A stretch of DNA of 64,000 nt from Schmidtea polychroa (lineage: Eukaryota): positions 144,212,001-144,276,000 of the forward strand of contig CM097885.1 of NCBI GenBank assembly GCA_044892525.1. Reading direction: 5' to 3'. The notes beneath the pieces were generated by a model, which had not been told where the DNA came from, did no database searches, and worked only from the letters and a program-made list of their open reading frames with translations. This document shows positions 62,514-64,000 of this stretch, in pieces. The first letter of the stretch is position 1; each line of letters opens with the position of its first letter. The position numbers and the translations under genes were made by a program.

Positions 62514-64000
62514 ATTTTTACATACTAAGTTATGGGGTAGAGTATTATTATGTTTGCAGTATTCTGTGTTTGCCTTTACAGGAAGTTGTCAATAAGGAGC
62601 GATAATTTTACACACACATTCTATATACACATACCTTGTTTAACATGGGTGTATATACTCCTAGTCTATCCGACAAAATATTCTGTCCCCCTATGGGTAT
62701 TGCTCACAAAGGTACTACTCACACTCAACATATCGCAAGGGTATATTAATTATGGTTAGTAAATAAAACCTATCACACACACTTTTATATTTAAACGATA
62801 AAAATCAAGACAAGAGAAGACAAGGCAAAGTTAATGCATTTAGTATTGCCAGGCCTAATGAGCAGTGACCAAATATCTGTGCCTGAAAGACACGGTGGAT
62901 ATTTGTTCGCGTCCACAAGGGTCGTCTGTGCCTCCCCCAAGTGGGGTCAGAAGAACCTGGGCATTATAGTTTTCCGTACGGAACATTACGCCTAGCATGG
63001 GTAGTCAACTACCAGCACATTCGAAACGTATAATTTCAAAATACATGCGTCATTGGCACTATAACCAAATTAATTAATGTTTTCACTAACACAAATATAT
63101 ATTTACAGAGGCCTCCCACTAGTTGGATTACAACCGCCCACCATGACGATCAGCTTGTAAATATATATTAATTAAGGGATAAAGAGGACCCACCCAACCC
63201 TATTATATTTAATTTACAAATTTTTCTCGCTCTTCTGCTGGTATTCTATCTCAAAATTATCATCTCCATCGGGCCATTTGGAATACATCTTGCGAATTGG
63301 ACATATTTCTTAGTTTCTGATGTGGCGTCAACTATCATTGCTAAAATTTATATTGATTTAAAAGCAATTAACTTACATTATCTAGCATTTTATCGTCACA
63401 GGATTGATAAATATATATTTGTGTTAGTGAAAACATTAATTAATTTGGTTATAGTGCCAATGACGCATGTATTTTGAAATTATACGTTTCGAATGTGCTG
63501 GTAGTTGACTACCCATGCTAGGCGTAATGTTCCGTACGGAAAGCTATAATGCCCAGGTTCTTCTGACCCCACTTGGGGGAGGCACAGACGACCCTTGTGG
63601 ACGCGAACAAATATCCACCGTGTCTTTCAGGCACAGATATTTGGTCACTGCTCATTAGGCCTGGCAATACTAAATGCATTAACTTTGCCTTGTCCTCTCT
63701 TGTCTTGATTTTTTTTTTCGTTTAAATATTAAAGTGTGTGATAGGTTTTATTTACTAACCATAATTAATATACCCTTGCGATATGTTGAGTGTGAGTAGT
63801 ACCTTTGTGAGCAATACCCATAGGGTGACAGAATATTTTGTCGGATAGACTAGGAGTATATACACCCATGTTAAACAAGGTATGTGTATATAGAATGTGT
63901 GTGTAAAATTATCGCTCCTTATTGACAACTTCCTGTAAAGGCAAACACAGAATACTGCAAACATAATAATACTCTACCCCATAACTTAGTATGTAAAAAT
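62514..64000. repeat. Long imperfect inverted repeat, arms of at least 590 bp
   Basis: 62514-63105 is the reverse complement of 63408-64000 with a handful of substitutions and indels. Confidence 0.97.

Larger units (their letters stand above)
60135..64000. mobile_element. Repeat-rich foldback-type element with Polinton-like AGTAGT terminus; right end outside the window
   Basis: Starts AGTAGTAGG with a C10-GGG tract, then modular tandem arrays, then inverted arms 62514-63105 and 63408-64000 around a 302-bp spacer. Confidence 0.55.

Noticed and set aside
62514-64000. Whole-genome-amplification inversion artefact
   Set aside because: The arms differ by several substitutions and indels and are separated by a unique 302-bp spacer, favouring a real repeat; long reads are still needed to confirm.

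Overview
Very AT-rich eukaryotic scaffold, almost certainly animal, with five N-gaps (26751-26910, 45781-45968, 53799-54004, 55307-55440, 62363-62509). It is dominated by transposable elements. The only confidently identified host gene is a three-exon SH3BGR-like gene (13329-13701, 93 aa, introns of 52 and 39 nt); scattered exons of other short-intron genes are unidentified. The left end holds part of a Polinton/Maverick. Its protein-primed DNA polymerase B (Zn fingers, vOTU-like protease, exonuclease with EndoVII/HNH insertion, polymerase) is complete except for one -1 frameshift before the thumb. Directly upstream and divergent lies a GC-rich cassette with two tRNA-like Pol III promoter units and a base-pairing-rich segment. 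This cassette is the best candidate for something undescribed (VA-RNA-like small RNAs of a Polinton), but that is inference. Three further Polinton-related pieces occur: a 2.2-kb non-coding element with AGTAG...CTACT ends and a 6-bp TSD (18483-20715), an integrase relic (about 31.9-32.2 kb), and an AGTAGT-initiated repeat-rich element that folds into a large imperfect palindrome at the right edge. Also present are several hAT elements and MITEs, piggyBac, Tc1/mariner, pogo-like, Zator-like and RLE-type non-LTR relics, and a Penelope-like element with a minimal hammerhead ribozyme. All family assignments come from recalled motifs, not database searches.
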